NCBI GenBank assembly: GCA_038087875.1
Contig: CM075996.1
Coordinates: 1,986,001-2,050,000 of the forward strand
DNA: 64,000 nucleotides
Reading direction: 5' to 3'
Source of the DNA: Malacoraja senta
Taxonomy: Eukaryota
Shown here: positions 24,944 through 36,098 of the stretch, one piece after another
Layout of the letters: the number at the start of each line of letters is the position of its first letter
Position numbering within the stretch: position 1 is the first letter of the stretch
Notes under the pieces: model-generated
Database searches by the model: none
Seen by the model: only the letters and a program-made list of their open reading frames with translations
Told to the model about the DNA's origin: nothing
Program-made: the position numbers and the translations under genes

Positions 24944-27346
24944 CTGTGCCGCAGTGCGGGGGGTTTGCCCGTGGGGGCCCCGCTGCTCCAAGGGCCGCCG
25001 CTCATTTGCTGGAGTTTGTTGCTGAGCTCGCTGATGATGCTGGCCTTGACCGAGGCCATGCAGGGCCCCGGGGCCATGGCTGGGCCCACCGCCTGCACCA
25101 GGGGGCCTTCGTCCCAGTGGGTGGGGGCCACGGACTGGGGGGGGGAGGGGGCAGGAAGGGGGGGTTGGCGGGCGGGGGCCGGCCTGGGAGAGAGGGCCGG
25201 GGCCTAGAGTGGCAGGGGTAGGCCCCAGGTCTGTCCTGGCCTAATGCAGGCCTATCCGGGCCTAACACTGGCCTATCCTGGCCTAACGCAGGCCTATCCT
25301 GGCCTAACACAGGCCTATCCGGGCCTAACACAGGCCTATCAGAGCCTAACACAGGCCTATCAGGGCCTAACACAGGCCTATCCTGGCCTAACATGGGCCT
25401 ATCCTGGCCTAACACGGGCCTATCCTGGCCTAACACATGGCCATCCAGGTAGGCGATGTAGGTGCCCAGCAGCCCATTGCCCTCGGTTGAGAGGCCGGAC
25501 AGGCCGGAGAGGCTGGACAGAGTGGACAGAGTGGACGCACTGCTGACCGCCTCCACTCGCTGCTCGCTCCCGCTCCGACTGTCCGCCTCCTCAATCCCAG
25601 AGTCCCCCACCCCATCTGGGGGGCTCCCCCCGGAGGAAGGGCAGCCCCCCCCTCCTCCACCACCACCCCCCCCTACTCGGGCCCCGGCCTGGCCCCGCTC
25701 CGGGCAGCCCCCGGCCTCGCCCTTTGGGGCCTGGGTGAGGTTGGCCACTTCGCTGTCGTAGGAGGTGAGGCTGGATCCCGTGGAGTCGAGGGTGGGCAGA
25801 CTCTGGGCCTCGGGGGCCGGAGGGGGAGGGAGTGGGGGTGGTGGGGGTGGAGGGGAGTTGGGGGGCGGGGGAGGTGGGGGAGGAGGAGGGGGAGGGGGAG
25901 GAGGGGGAGGAGGTGGGGGGGGCGAGGCCTCGGGCCCCTCGAAGCTGTTGGAGAACTCGAGGGGAGGGGGCAGGGGGTCGCTGAAGACAAACTCCTCCTC
26001 GGTGTCGAGGGAGAGGGTGGGAGGGGGGAGGGAGGTGAGGGGGAGGGTCTGGGTGGGGGGTCGGGGACGGGGGTGGGGGTTCTCCTTGGGGGGGAGAGGA
26101 GCCTCCTCCTTGGTGCCGGGGGGGTTGGAGGGGACCTGCTCGGGCCTATGAAGGGGAGGGGCCCCCGCTGCCCCTCCCCCAGGGGCCTTGTTGGCCTCAG
26201 GCAGGCCTGGCTCTTTGTAGCGGGCCTGGGTCTGGGTCTGGTTCTGGGTCTCAGGCCTGGGCTGGTCCTGCAGCGATCGCTGGCGTGCAGCCAAGGCCAG
26301 GCCTAAGGGCGACTCGGGGTCGAGTACCTTGCCCGTGAGCGGGTGGATGAAGGTGCCCGCGGCCCCCCTTTGCCCGTAGCCCGAGGGCAGGACATTGAAG
26401 GCGCTGCCCGTGGCGACAGGCTTGGCGTAGGCCCGGGCCGGCCCTCGGCCCGACGAGGCCACGATGTTGACAAAGGCCTCGGCGTTGTTGAACATGGCCT
26501 CGTCGATGGACTTGGAGTGGGGGCAGGCGCGAGGAGGCCGCAGCCTGGGCCTGGGCCTGGGTCTGAGTCTCCGTGCCGTCAGTGGACAGGAAGATGGCGG
26601 ATTTGTGCCGGGCCTCCATGTATCGCTCCCGGTCCCTCCGCGCCGCCCCCACCACCGCCGCCCCGAACTGGCTGGTGAAGTCGACGGTGTTTCGGGCCTG
26701 GGACAGCTCGGGGCCCACCTCAGTCTCCACGCTGCTGCCTTGGCTACTGCGCCCACTACTGCTGGTGGACGGGGCCTTGATGCCTTGATGATGATGGTGG
26801 GGATGGGGATGGAGCAAGTCTTGTCCTGCTGCTGCTCGTCCTCCACCTTCGACTGCTTGACCAGCTGGCCCTTGCGCCGCAGAGGCTTGGCGGGCACGTA
26901 CATGGCCGCCCCGGACAGGCGGGCCCCGGCGTTGACGTAGCGCGACTCCGAGCGGCGGCCGCGGGGCCCGGCGGGGGCCGAGGGACCGGAGGGAGAGGGT
27001 GGGGGGGGCCCGGGGACCGGCCTGTCGTCGGGGGGGCCCGGCTGGTAGGACAGGGCCTTCTCGCGGCGCCCGGCCTTGCCCGGCCCCTCCACCAACCCGT
27101 GGCGCAGGCTGGCGTACAGGCCCGGGTCAGGCACTCCCGCGGGGTTGAAGGCGGGGCGGGCGGAGGGCGGGGCGGGGGCCGCGGGAGGGGGTGGGGGGCC
27201 CGAGCGGGGCTGGGGCAGGTTGAAGGGGGGGTCGGGGGGAGCGGTGGTGGGGGGAGGGGGGATGTCGTCAGCGCTCGGCACCGACAGGCTGCGGGCAAAC
27301 TTGAAGGCCGGAGGCAACAAGAACTGCTTCTCCTCTTCAGAGGCTC
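24944..27346 (-). CDS. SHANK1: SHANK1 large proline-rich exon (Homer-binding LPPPLEF at 25973-25953), with three apparent frame disruptions
   Basis: Acceptor ccaacag and donor gtaac. Shank motifs [15 protein letters not shown]...[87 protein letters not shown]. Confidence 0.92.
25227..25436 (-). repeat. In-frame 21-bp coding minisatellite, 10 x (V/A/M)LG(Q/P/S)DRP
   Basis: ggcctaacacaggcctatcct-type units within the SHANK1 reading frame. Confidence 0.92.
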
Positions 27347-27375
27347 CTGTTGGAGGAGAGAGGAGAGAGAATGGT

Positions 27376-27690
27376 CAACACTGGGGGTACAGTACTGGGG
27401 CTGTCCGCACAACACTGTGTATAACACTGGGGTACAGTACTGGGGCTGTCCGCACAACACTGTGTATAACTGGGGTACAGTACTGGGGCTGTCTGCATAA
27501 CACTGGGGGTACCGTACTGGGGCTGTCCGCATAACACTGTGTATAACACTGGGGTGCAGTACTGGGGCTGTCTGCATAACACTGGGGGTACCGTACTGGG
27601 GCTGTCCGCATAACACTGTGTATAACACTGGGGTACAGTACTGGGGCTGTCTGCATAACACTGTGTATAACACTGGGGTACAGTACCGGT
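27376..27690. repeat. Intronic minisatellite (~35/46-bp units)
   Basis: taacactggggtacagtactggggctgtccgcataacactgtgta repeated. Confidence 0.92.
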
Positions 27691-28304
27691 GGGGACGGGA
27701 CTGTCGCTGTATATCACTGGGGTACTTCTTAGGTCCCTTCGGTTGTGGCTGACCATGGGTGTCTCCAGGGTGCTATTCCCTACATGGAGGACTTTGATTA
27801 ACGTGGGGAGACTGGTGCACAGACAGCCACCCCATGACTGGGTCAGGATCCAGTGGCGTGGAGTCCAAGACGACCGGAGACCAAGCCTTCATCCGCCTTC
27901 CCAGCCGTTGTGACGCTCCACTAAGGTCAGCCATCGTCCTCCGCCTGTTCCACCATTGAGGTCTTGGTTGGATTGGCTCTTTGTCAAAGACCAGACCTCC
28001 CCTTCGACCTTACCGCCATGGGTGGCCCAACCAGGAGCATAGATAGCTCCAGACGGCATCGATCTCAGGATCTCAGGACCACGCAAGCTTCTCCACCACC
28101 ACAAGGTGACAATCCGCGGGGGACGGTACGGGGGAACAGTACCGGTGGGGACGGGGCTGTCCACTTCTTTCCCAGCCCCTGTTACAGTCGCACACCACTC
28201 TCGACCCCCACCCACACCACTGTCCACCCACACCACTCTCGACCCCCACCCACCCACCCTCCCTCCCACCCACACCACCGTCCACCCACCGTCCACCCAC
28301 TCAC

Positions 28305-28407
28305 CCATGGATTTCTGTCGCATCATTCCCTGCTGAGCGGCCAAGTAGGGGCGGTCGAAGCTGATCGGCGCTGCCATCACGGACATGCCCGGCTGCCCGT
28401 ACAGCGT
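28305..28407 (-). CDS. SHANK1: SHANK1 coding exon
   Basis: AG/GT bounded, 103 nt, phase-consistent; TLYGQPGMSVMAAPISFDRPYLAAQQGMMRQKSM(G). Confidence 0.88.
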
Positions 28408-29214
28408 CTGTGGAGGGAGGCGGTCAAACGGTCAGTGCACTCGCCGGCCCGTCCACCCCCCCACACCGGGCACACCCCTCTCCCCGCTCCTGCCTCACCC
28501 CCTGTCCCCCAGCTCAATGTGCCAGGGACAAGGAACACACCACTTGTCGCGGCCTTACAGCGCTTGCAGCCTTGGAGACCCGGGTTCGATCCCGACTGCG
28601 GGTGCTGTCTGTACGGAGTTTGCACGTTCCCCCCGAGATCTTCGGTTCCCTCCCACACTCCGAAGACATGCAGGTTTGCAGATTAATTGGCGTTGGTGTA
28701 AGTGTAAATTGTCCCTAGTGTGTGTGTGTGGGATAGTATTAGTACGCGGGGATCGCTGATCGGCGCGGGCTCGGTGGGCCGAAGGGCCTGTTTCCACGCT
28801 CGTATATCTCTGAAATAAACTAAAGGAAACCGGAGATCTCGGAGAAAAGCCACGCAGCTTTCACGGGGGGGGGGGGGGGAACGTGCAAACTCCGCACAGA
28901 CAGCACCCGTGGTCGGGATCGAACCCGGGTCTCTGGCGCTATAAGGCAGCAACTTTACCCGCTGTCGTGGAGGCACGCAGTACCTGCAGCAGCCCAGGGG
29001 TGGTGGTAGGGAGCTGGCTTGCAGGCCCTGCTCACTACCGTCTCGTGAGGCGGCCAGAGGTACTGCGGCATGGGCAGTAAACATGCGTGTCCTTAACGTG
29101 TTCATTACATGTGGAGCGGTGACTCGGACCGCACACACGTGTCCAAACAACAGCCGTGTGATGTCGGACGATGAGGCACCGTGTCACATTACCCACACTG
29201 TTCACTAGGGGTGA

Positions 29215-29720
29215 CTCACACTTATACACACTCACACACACTTATACACACTCACACACACTTATACACATTCACACTTATATGCACTGACACTCACACA
29301 CGCTTATACACACTCACACACACTTATACACACTCACACACACTTATACACACTCACACACACTTATACACACTCACACACTTATATGCACTGACACTCA
29401 CACACGCTTATACACACTCACACACACGTATACACACTCACACACACTTATACACACTCACACACACTTATACACACTCACACACACTTATACACACTCA
29501 CACACTTATATGCACTGACACTCACACACGCTTATACACACTCACACACATGTATACACACTCACACACACTTATACACACTCACACACACTTATACACA
29601 CTCACACACACTTATACACACTCACACACACTTATACACACTCACACACTTATATGCACTGACACTCACACACGCTTACACACGCTCTTGCACACATACA
29701 AGCTCTCACATACATTTATA
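29215..29720. repeat. CA-rich minisatellite (cacacttatacacactca-type units)
   Basis: Direct inspection. Confidence 0.9.
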
Positions 29721-30361
29721 CACACCCAGACATGCTTACACACACGCTCTCACTGACAAGTGTTTACTCACGAATATGCTGACACACTTATCCACAAACA
29801 CTTATGTACACTCACACTGACACAATTTACATGCTGATACACTCATCGTCACACACACACACACATGTACACACTCACCCGTCACACACAAACACTCACA
29901 AATACATGTACCAGCACACACACTCACATACACACATCCCTGTCACACGCACTCTCATATTCACACACACACACACACACGCACTCTTGCACAAACCTTC
30001 ACTCTCGTGCACGCCCTTCACACTCATTCACTCGCACATGAACACGCCAGCACTTCTCTCACACACACATGTACATTTACACACCCTTCAGTTACACGAC
30101 TCCTGAGTTACACGACTGCCCCCTTCTCCCCCTCCCCCCTCTCACCCATCCCCACCCACCCACCCTCAACCTCCCCATTCCCCTCTCGCCTATCCCCACC
30201 CCATCACCCCCACCCTCAACCTGCCCACCCCCCCTCAACCTCCCCCTCCCCCCTCTCACCCATCCCCACCCCACCCACCCTCAACCTCCCCATTCCCCTC
30301 TCGCCTATCCCCACATCACCCCCACCCTCAACCTACCCACCCACCGCGGGCGTGTACCCAC

Positions 30362-30477
30362 CTCTGCCCCGTAGTAGGTGCGGGGGGGTGGCCGTGCTGA
30401 GGGGGCGCTTGGTTGAACGCTGCCCGTCTCATTGGCGATCGACTGCTGTGCTGCCGCCAGGATCTCGTCTAGCCGGT
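30362..30477 (-). CDS. SHANK1: SHANK1 coding exon
   Basis: 116 nt, AG/GT; (N)RLDEILAAAQQSIANETGSVQPSAPSARPPPRTYYGAE, compare recalled human KLDEILAAAQQTIS. Confidence 0.92.
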
Positions 30478-31119
30478 CTGTGGGGGGAGGGGCAGTGAGG
30501 GGGGCAACACGTGGGGAGGGGCAGTGAGGGGGGAGGGGCAACACGGGGGGAGGGGCAGTGAGGGGGGCAACACGGGGGGAGGGGTAGTGAGAGGGGGGCA
30601 ACATGGGGGAGGGGCAGTGAGGGGGGGGCAACATGGGGGAGGGGCAGTGAGGGGGGCAACGGGGGAAGGGGAAGGAGGTGGAAGAGAGGGGGCAACAATG
30701 GATGGGAGAGGGTGGGGGATTGAAGGGGTGGGGGGTGGGTCGGGCAGCATCTCCAGAGAACATGGATGGGTGATGTTTCAGGGCAGGACCTTTCTTCAGA
30801 TTGTGGTGGGGGCGGATGCCAAAGCTTCGGGTTCCATCCTGACCTCAGGTGCTGTCTGTGTGGAGTTTGCACGTTCTCACTGTGACTGCGTGTGTTTCCT
30901 CCCACATTCCATAGACGTGTGGGTTTGTAGGTTAATTGGCCCTCTGTAAATTGCCTCTAGTGTGTAGGGAGTTGATGAGAAAGTGGGATAACACAGAACT
31001 AGTGTGAGCGGGTATTCGATGATCAGCATGGACTTGGTGGGCCGAAGGGCCTGTTTCCGTGCTGTGCATCTATACTAAACTAATCCAAGCTAAATTAAAC
31101 CAAGCTAAGCTAAAGGTAA

Positions 31120-31495
31120 ACTCAGCTCAGCTTAGCTCAACCCAACTCATCCGAACTCAAGCCAACGCAACCCAACTCAACCCAACCAAACTCAACTCAA
31201 CCCAACTCATCCCAACTCAAGCCAACGCAACCCAAACTAAACCCAACTCAACCCAACTCAATCCAACTCAACCCAAACTAACTCAACTCAACCCAACTAA
31301 ACCCAACTCAACCCAACTCAGTCCAACCCAACCAAACTCAACTCAACCCAATTTATCCCAACTCAACTCAACTCAACCCAGCCGAACCCAACCGAACTCA
31401 ACCCAACTCAACCCAACTCAACCCAACTCAACCCAACTCAACTCAACCCAACCCAATCGAACTCAACCCAACTCAACTCAACCCAACTCAACTCT
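31120..31495. repeat. (AACCC/AACTC)n pentamer satellite extending a SINE tail
   Basis: Direct inspection. Confidence 0.92.
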
Positions 31496-31746
31496 CAGCT
31501 GGTCATGAACGGCGAGCAAGTGTTAGTCGGGGCAGAGGGTCAGGTGGAGGGTCTGTACCTTTGTACCCTTGAGCGGGCCCGTTGGGGAGTGTGTGCTGCA
31601 GGGAGGGTGTGGGTAGTGTGGGGTGAGGGTGGGGTTCGTGTGCCGCGGGGAGAGGAGGTGTGGGTGTTAACGGGGTGGGTGAGGGAGGGGGGAGGCTGTT
31701 CCGTTGAGAGGCGGTGCGGGCGGGGAGAGACGGTGTCCATACTCAC

Positions 31747-31803
31747 TCAGAGCCATCTGGTAAACCTTCCGCCGCTTCTCCGTTGTCTGCGGCGGCTCGT
31801 AAT
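31747..31803 (-). CDS. SHANK1: SHANK1 small coding exon
   Basis: 57 nt, ttgcag/gtgagt; (D)YEPPQTTEKRRKVYQMAL(N), compare recalled human EKKRTVYQMALN. Confidence 0.88.
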   Translation of the reverse strand: MTSRRRQRRSGGRFTRWL

Positions 31804-31979
31804 CTGCAACGCAAAACGGGCAGAAGGTCAGAGGTCACCGGCGGTCGGCGACGGTCTGGGACCACAGACCCATGACGACCGTCGAGGATGTGTTGGGGAG
31901 AGAGAGGGGGGGAGAAAGGGGAGAGAGAGGTGGATAGAAGGAGAGGGGTAGAGGTAAAGGGGGAGGGAGGGGTGAAATA

Positions 31980-32357
31980 CATATGATTGTTAAGGGCTTG
32001 GACACGCTAGAGGCAGGAAACATGTTCCCGATGTTGGGGGAGTCCAGAACCAGGGGCCACACACAGTTTAAGAATAAGGAGTAAGCCATTTAGAACGGAG
32101 ACGAGGAAACACTTTTTCTCACAGAGAGTGGTGAGTCTGTGGAATTCTCTGCCTCAGAGGGCGGTGGAGGCCGGTTCTCTGGATGCTTTCAAGAGAGAGT
32201 TAGATAGGGCTCTTAAAGATAGCGGAGTCAATGGATATGGGGAGAAGGCAGGAATGGGGTACTGATTGGGGATGATCAGCCATGATCACATTGAATGGCG
32301 GTGCTGGCTAGAAGGGCTAAATGGCCTACTCCTGCACCTATTGTCTATTGTCTATTG
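31980..32357 (+). mobile_element. CR1-type LINE 3' end
   Basis: GLDTLEAGNMFPMLGESRTRG...; (ctattgt)n tail. Confidence 0.85.
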
Positions 32358-32741
32358 AGATGGGGAGAACAGAGGTAGAGAGGAGGAACCCTTGAACAGT
32401 CTCCCCGCTGACTTGTTAGCACGCGGCAAAAATCTTTTCGCTGTACCTTGGTGCACGTGACAATAAACTTAACACAAGTGATATAATGGTAGGTTGGACC
32501 CAATGTGGGAGGAAACCGGAGCACCCAGAGAAAACCCACGCAGGTCACGGGGAGAACGCACAAACTCCGTACAGGCAGCACCCGAAGTCAGGATCGAACC
32601 CGGGTCTCTGGCGGTGTAAGGCAGCAACTCTACCGCTGCGCCACCGTGCTGCGCCTAAAGTGTCTATTTATAGAGTTTGCACGTTGTTCGTGACCCACGT
32701 GGGTTTTCTCCAGGAGCACCGGTTTCCTCCCACATCCCAAA

Positions 32742-33086
32742 GACAATAGACAATAGACAATAGACAATAGGTGCAGGAGTAGGCCATTCGGCCCTTTGAG
32801 CCAGCACCGCCATTCAATGTGATCATGGCTGATCATCCCCAATCAGTACCCCGTTCCTGCCTTCTCCCCATATCCCCTGACTCCGGTATCTTTAAGAGCC
32901 CTATCTAGCTCTCTCTTGAAAGCATCCAGAGAACCGGCCTCCACCGCCCTCTGAGGCAGAGAATTCCACAGACTCACCACTCTCTGGGTGAAAAAGTGTT
33001 TCCTCGTCTCCGTTCTAAATGGCTTACCCCTTATTCTTAAACTGTGTGTGGCCCCTGGTTCTGGACTCCCCCAACATCGGGAACAT
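32742..33086 (-). mobile_element. CR1-type LINE 3' end, inverted relative to the 31980 copy
   Basis: HSLRIRGKPFRTETRKHFFTQRVVSLWNSLP; (acaatag)n tail. Confidence 0.85.
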
Positions 33087-33503
33087 GGAGGTGGAGGTTT
33101 GTAGGTCAATTGGCTTCTGTAAATTGTAATTTGTCCCTAGTCTGTGTAGGTTTGTGTTAGTGTACGGGGTGATCGCTGGTCGGCGCGGGCTCGATGGTCC
33201 GAAGGGGCTGTGTCCGTGCTGTATCTCTAAAGTCTAAAGGAAGGGGTGGGGGCAAAGTGGTGGGTGGATCCAGGCCGATTTCAACGCTGAAGAAGGGTCC
33301 CGACCCGACACGCCGTGTGTCCACCCCCCTGAGATCCTCCAGCAGTTTGAGTGTGTGGCTCCTGACACCCGGCATCCGTGCCACCAGACACGTTTACCTC
33401 ACGGGTCTTTGCAAAGTCTCGCTGCCCCTTCCAGCCCAACTCTAGATTGGTCGCAAACTGCAAATCAAAACGGGCCACGCAATCCCTCGTGTCAAGAACT
33501 TAC

Positions 33504-33584
33504 CCAGGTCCTCCAGCTCCGACGTCATGGATTTCGAGCGCAGGGCGATCGATGGAGGAGTTAGCCGTTTATTCTGCGCTGAGA
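33504..33584 (-). CDS. SHANK1: SHANK1 coding exon
   Basis: 81 nt, ctgcag/gtaagt; (V)SAQNKRLTPPSIALRSKSMTSELEDL with the conserved Shank LRSKSMTSELE motif. Confidence 0.93.
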
Positions 33585-33828
33585 CTGCAGAGAGAAAGAT
33601 TTTTCAGTAACGCTGCACTCAACAGTCGGATTAAAATATGGTCTGAGGAAGGGCCTCGACCCCGTTCCTTCTCCCCAGAGACGCTGCCTGCCCCGCTGAG
33701 TTACTCCAGCATTTTGTGTCTATCTATGGATTTTATTAAATCAACTGCGATTCTCTGAGGCTGCCTCGCATTCCCAAAGGTTCATAATTTCTAGGAGCAG
33801 AATTAGGCCATTCGGCCCATTTAGGGCT

Positions 33829-34121
33829 GGCACGGTGGCGCAGCGGGTAGAGTCGCTGCCTCACGGCGCCAGAGTCCCGGGTTCGATCCTGACTACGGGT
33901 GCTGCCTGTACGGAGTTTGCACGTGACAGGCGTGGGTTTTCACCGGGAGCTCCGGTTTCATCCCACACTCCAAAGACGTACATGTTTGTGGATTCATTGG
34001 CTTCGGTAAAATTGTAAATGTGTCCCTAGGGTGTAGGATAGTGCTAGTGTACGGGGTGATTGCTGGTCGGCACGGGCTTAGTGGACCGAAGGGCCTGTTT
34101 CCGCGCTGTATCTCTAAACTA
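33829..34121 (+). mobile_element. HE1-like V-SINE
   Basis: ggcacggtggcgcagc head, B-box gttcgatcc, V-domain, CR1-like tail. Confidence 0.82.
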
Positions 34122-34302
34122 AGTCTACTCCGCCATTCAATCATGGCTGGTCTATCTCTCCCTCTTAAACCCATTCTCCTGCCTTCTCCCCGTAACCCCT
34201 GGTGCCCTTTCTCGAGGAATCAAATAATCTTTGGACCCAAATAATCCCAGGAGCGGGAAGTCCAGTCCTGGCATTTCACAAGAGGTTGGAGATGGCCTAA
34301 AC

Positions 34303-34510
34303 CAGGGGTCCCCCAACCTTGTTCGTCCCGTTTACCCCGGCAACTTTAATAGCGCATAACAATGTTATTGCACTTATTGATGAACAACTAATGATGAACA
34401 GATACCGGTTGAAGCAAACACAGTCAGTCAATGAGAAACAATTTGTACAAATCCACAATCAACACATTTACCCCGAGTAGGTGAAATTTACCCCAGGTTG
34501 GGAACCCTTG
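34303..34510. mobile_element. hAT (Charlie-like) MITE
   Basis: TIRs caggggtcccccaacct / aggttgggaacccttg; decayed 8-bp flanks gcctaaac / atctacac. Confidence 0.6.
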
Positions 34511-34524
34511 ATCTACACTGTCCC

Positions 34525-34558
34525 ATCACACACTCACCCTGGCGTTACACACACACAC

Positions 34559-34636
<78 letters not shown>

Positions 34637-34663
34637 GCACACACACACACACACGCGCACACA

Positions 34664-34706
<43 letters not shown>

Positions 34707-34733
34707 ACACACACGCGCACACACACACACACA

Positions 34734-34765
<32 letters not shown>

Positions 34766-34791
34766 TACACACACACACACTCACCCTGGCG

Positions 34792-34822
<31 letters not shown>

Positions 34823-35235
34823 GATGCTCTCTCTGCACCTCCCACAGGGAAGTGGGAGAGCCGGGGAGGGGAGGGAGAGGGAGGAGAGAGGGAGGGGAGA
34901 GGAGTGGGGAGAGGGGAGGGGAGGGTGAAGTGGAGTGAGGGGAGAGGAGGGACGAGGGAGGGGAGGGGAGGGAGAGGGGAGGAGGGAGGAGGGGAGTGGA
35001 GTGGGGAGGGGGAGGGGAGAGTATTGGGGAGAGGAGGGAGGGGGGAGAGAGGGAGGGGAGAGGGGAGGAAAAGGGAGAGGAGAGAGGGAGGGGAGAGGAG
35101 GAAGAGGGAAGGGGAGGGTGAAGTGGAGGGAGGGGAGAGGATGGAGGGGGGAGAGGAGGGAGGGGGGAGGGGAGAGAGGGAGGGGAGAGGATGGATAGAT
35201 AGGAAGGAGGGAAGGGGAGGGGGGAGTGGAGGGTG
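34525..35235. repeat. (CA)n microsatellite followed by a GA-rich polypurine tract
   Basis: Direct inspection. Confidence 0.9.
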
Positions 35236-35274
35236 AGGTTACAAATGCACAGGCGCTGCCCCGCGGGCTCCTAC

Positions 35275-35410
35275 CTTTCTTTCTAGAAACTTCCTCCATG
35301 TCGGGGTTGCGAGTCACCATGACGACTTTGAGCATGAGGTTATTGCCGCCCTGGCGGATCATGTTGACCACCTGCCGATGCCCCACCTTCACCACGTTCT
35401 GGCCATTCAC
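35275..35410 (-). CDS. SHANK1: SHANK1 PDZ domain exon (C-terminal part)
   Basis: 136 nt, ccag/gtag; VNGQNVVKVGHRQVVNMIRQGGNNLMLKVVMVTRNPDMEEVSRKK. Confidence 0.96.
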
Positions 35411-35973
35411 CTGGAGAATCCACAGGGCACAGGTGTTAGTTTAGAGATACAGCGCGGGAACAGTCCACACCGCCCAGCGATCCCCGCACACTAACGCCAC
35501 CCGACACACACTAGGGACATTTTACACAAACACCAAGCCAATTAGCCTACAAACCTGCACGTCTTTGGAGTGTGGGAGGAAACCGGAGCTCCCGGAGAAA
35601 ACCCACGCAGGTCACGGGGAGAAGGTACAAACTCCGTACAGACAACACAATACAATGCAAAAAGGTACGATTCTTTGGGCAACTACTGACCACCATACAG
35701 GCGTCACCCCACGACACGGTCGTGAGTAGTCTCCCAAAGAGTCGTACCTTTTTCTGGTCTCCGCTTGATTTTCAACATGCTGGAAATTTTCGGCCACCTC
35801 CTGCGAGCGTGACGGGTGCCGGCAAGTCTCCGAAAAAAAATCACGTAAGTGGGACAGGGCCCTCCTCTAACAGTCTGTGGAAGAGCTGTGTTGCCCGCAG
35901 TTTGAGGAACCTCCTCCCCGTCCGAGACCTCCTCCCGTGAATCCGCCCCAGGATGGAGCGGTCAAACACCAAC

Positions 35974-36098
35974 CTCGATGAGGAAGTCGCCCATGCGTAG
36001 ACCGGACCTCCATGCCACACCCCCCTCATCCACGGACTCGAGGTACTGCAGTGCGGGGAAGGCTGGCGTCGGAGTGAACTCCTCGATGGGCGTCTGGG
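35974..36098 (-). CDS. SHANK1: SHANK1 PDZ domain exon (middle)
   Basis: 125 nt; (A)QTPIEEFTPTPAFPALQYLESVDEGGVAWRSGLRMGDFLIE. Confidence 0.96.

Noticed and set aside
24965..27534. Plus-strand ORFs overlapping the SHANK1 proline-rich exon
   Set aside because: Antisense shadows of a very GC-rich coding exon
31059..31508. 149-aa NSTQP-repeat ORF
   Set aside because: Translation of a pentanucleotide satellite
33398..33457. 60-nt AG/GT-bounded candidate SHANK1 cassette exon
   Set aside because: Would leave only a 46-nt upstream intron and has an in-frame TGA in the required phase
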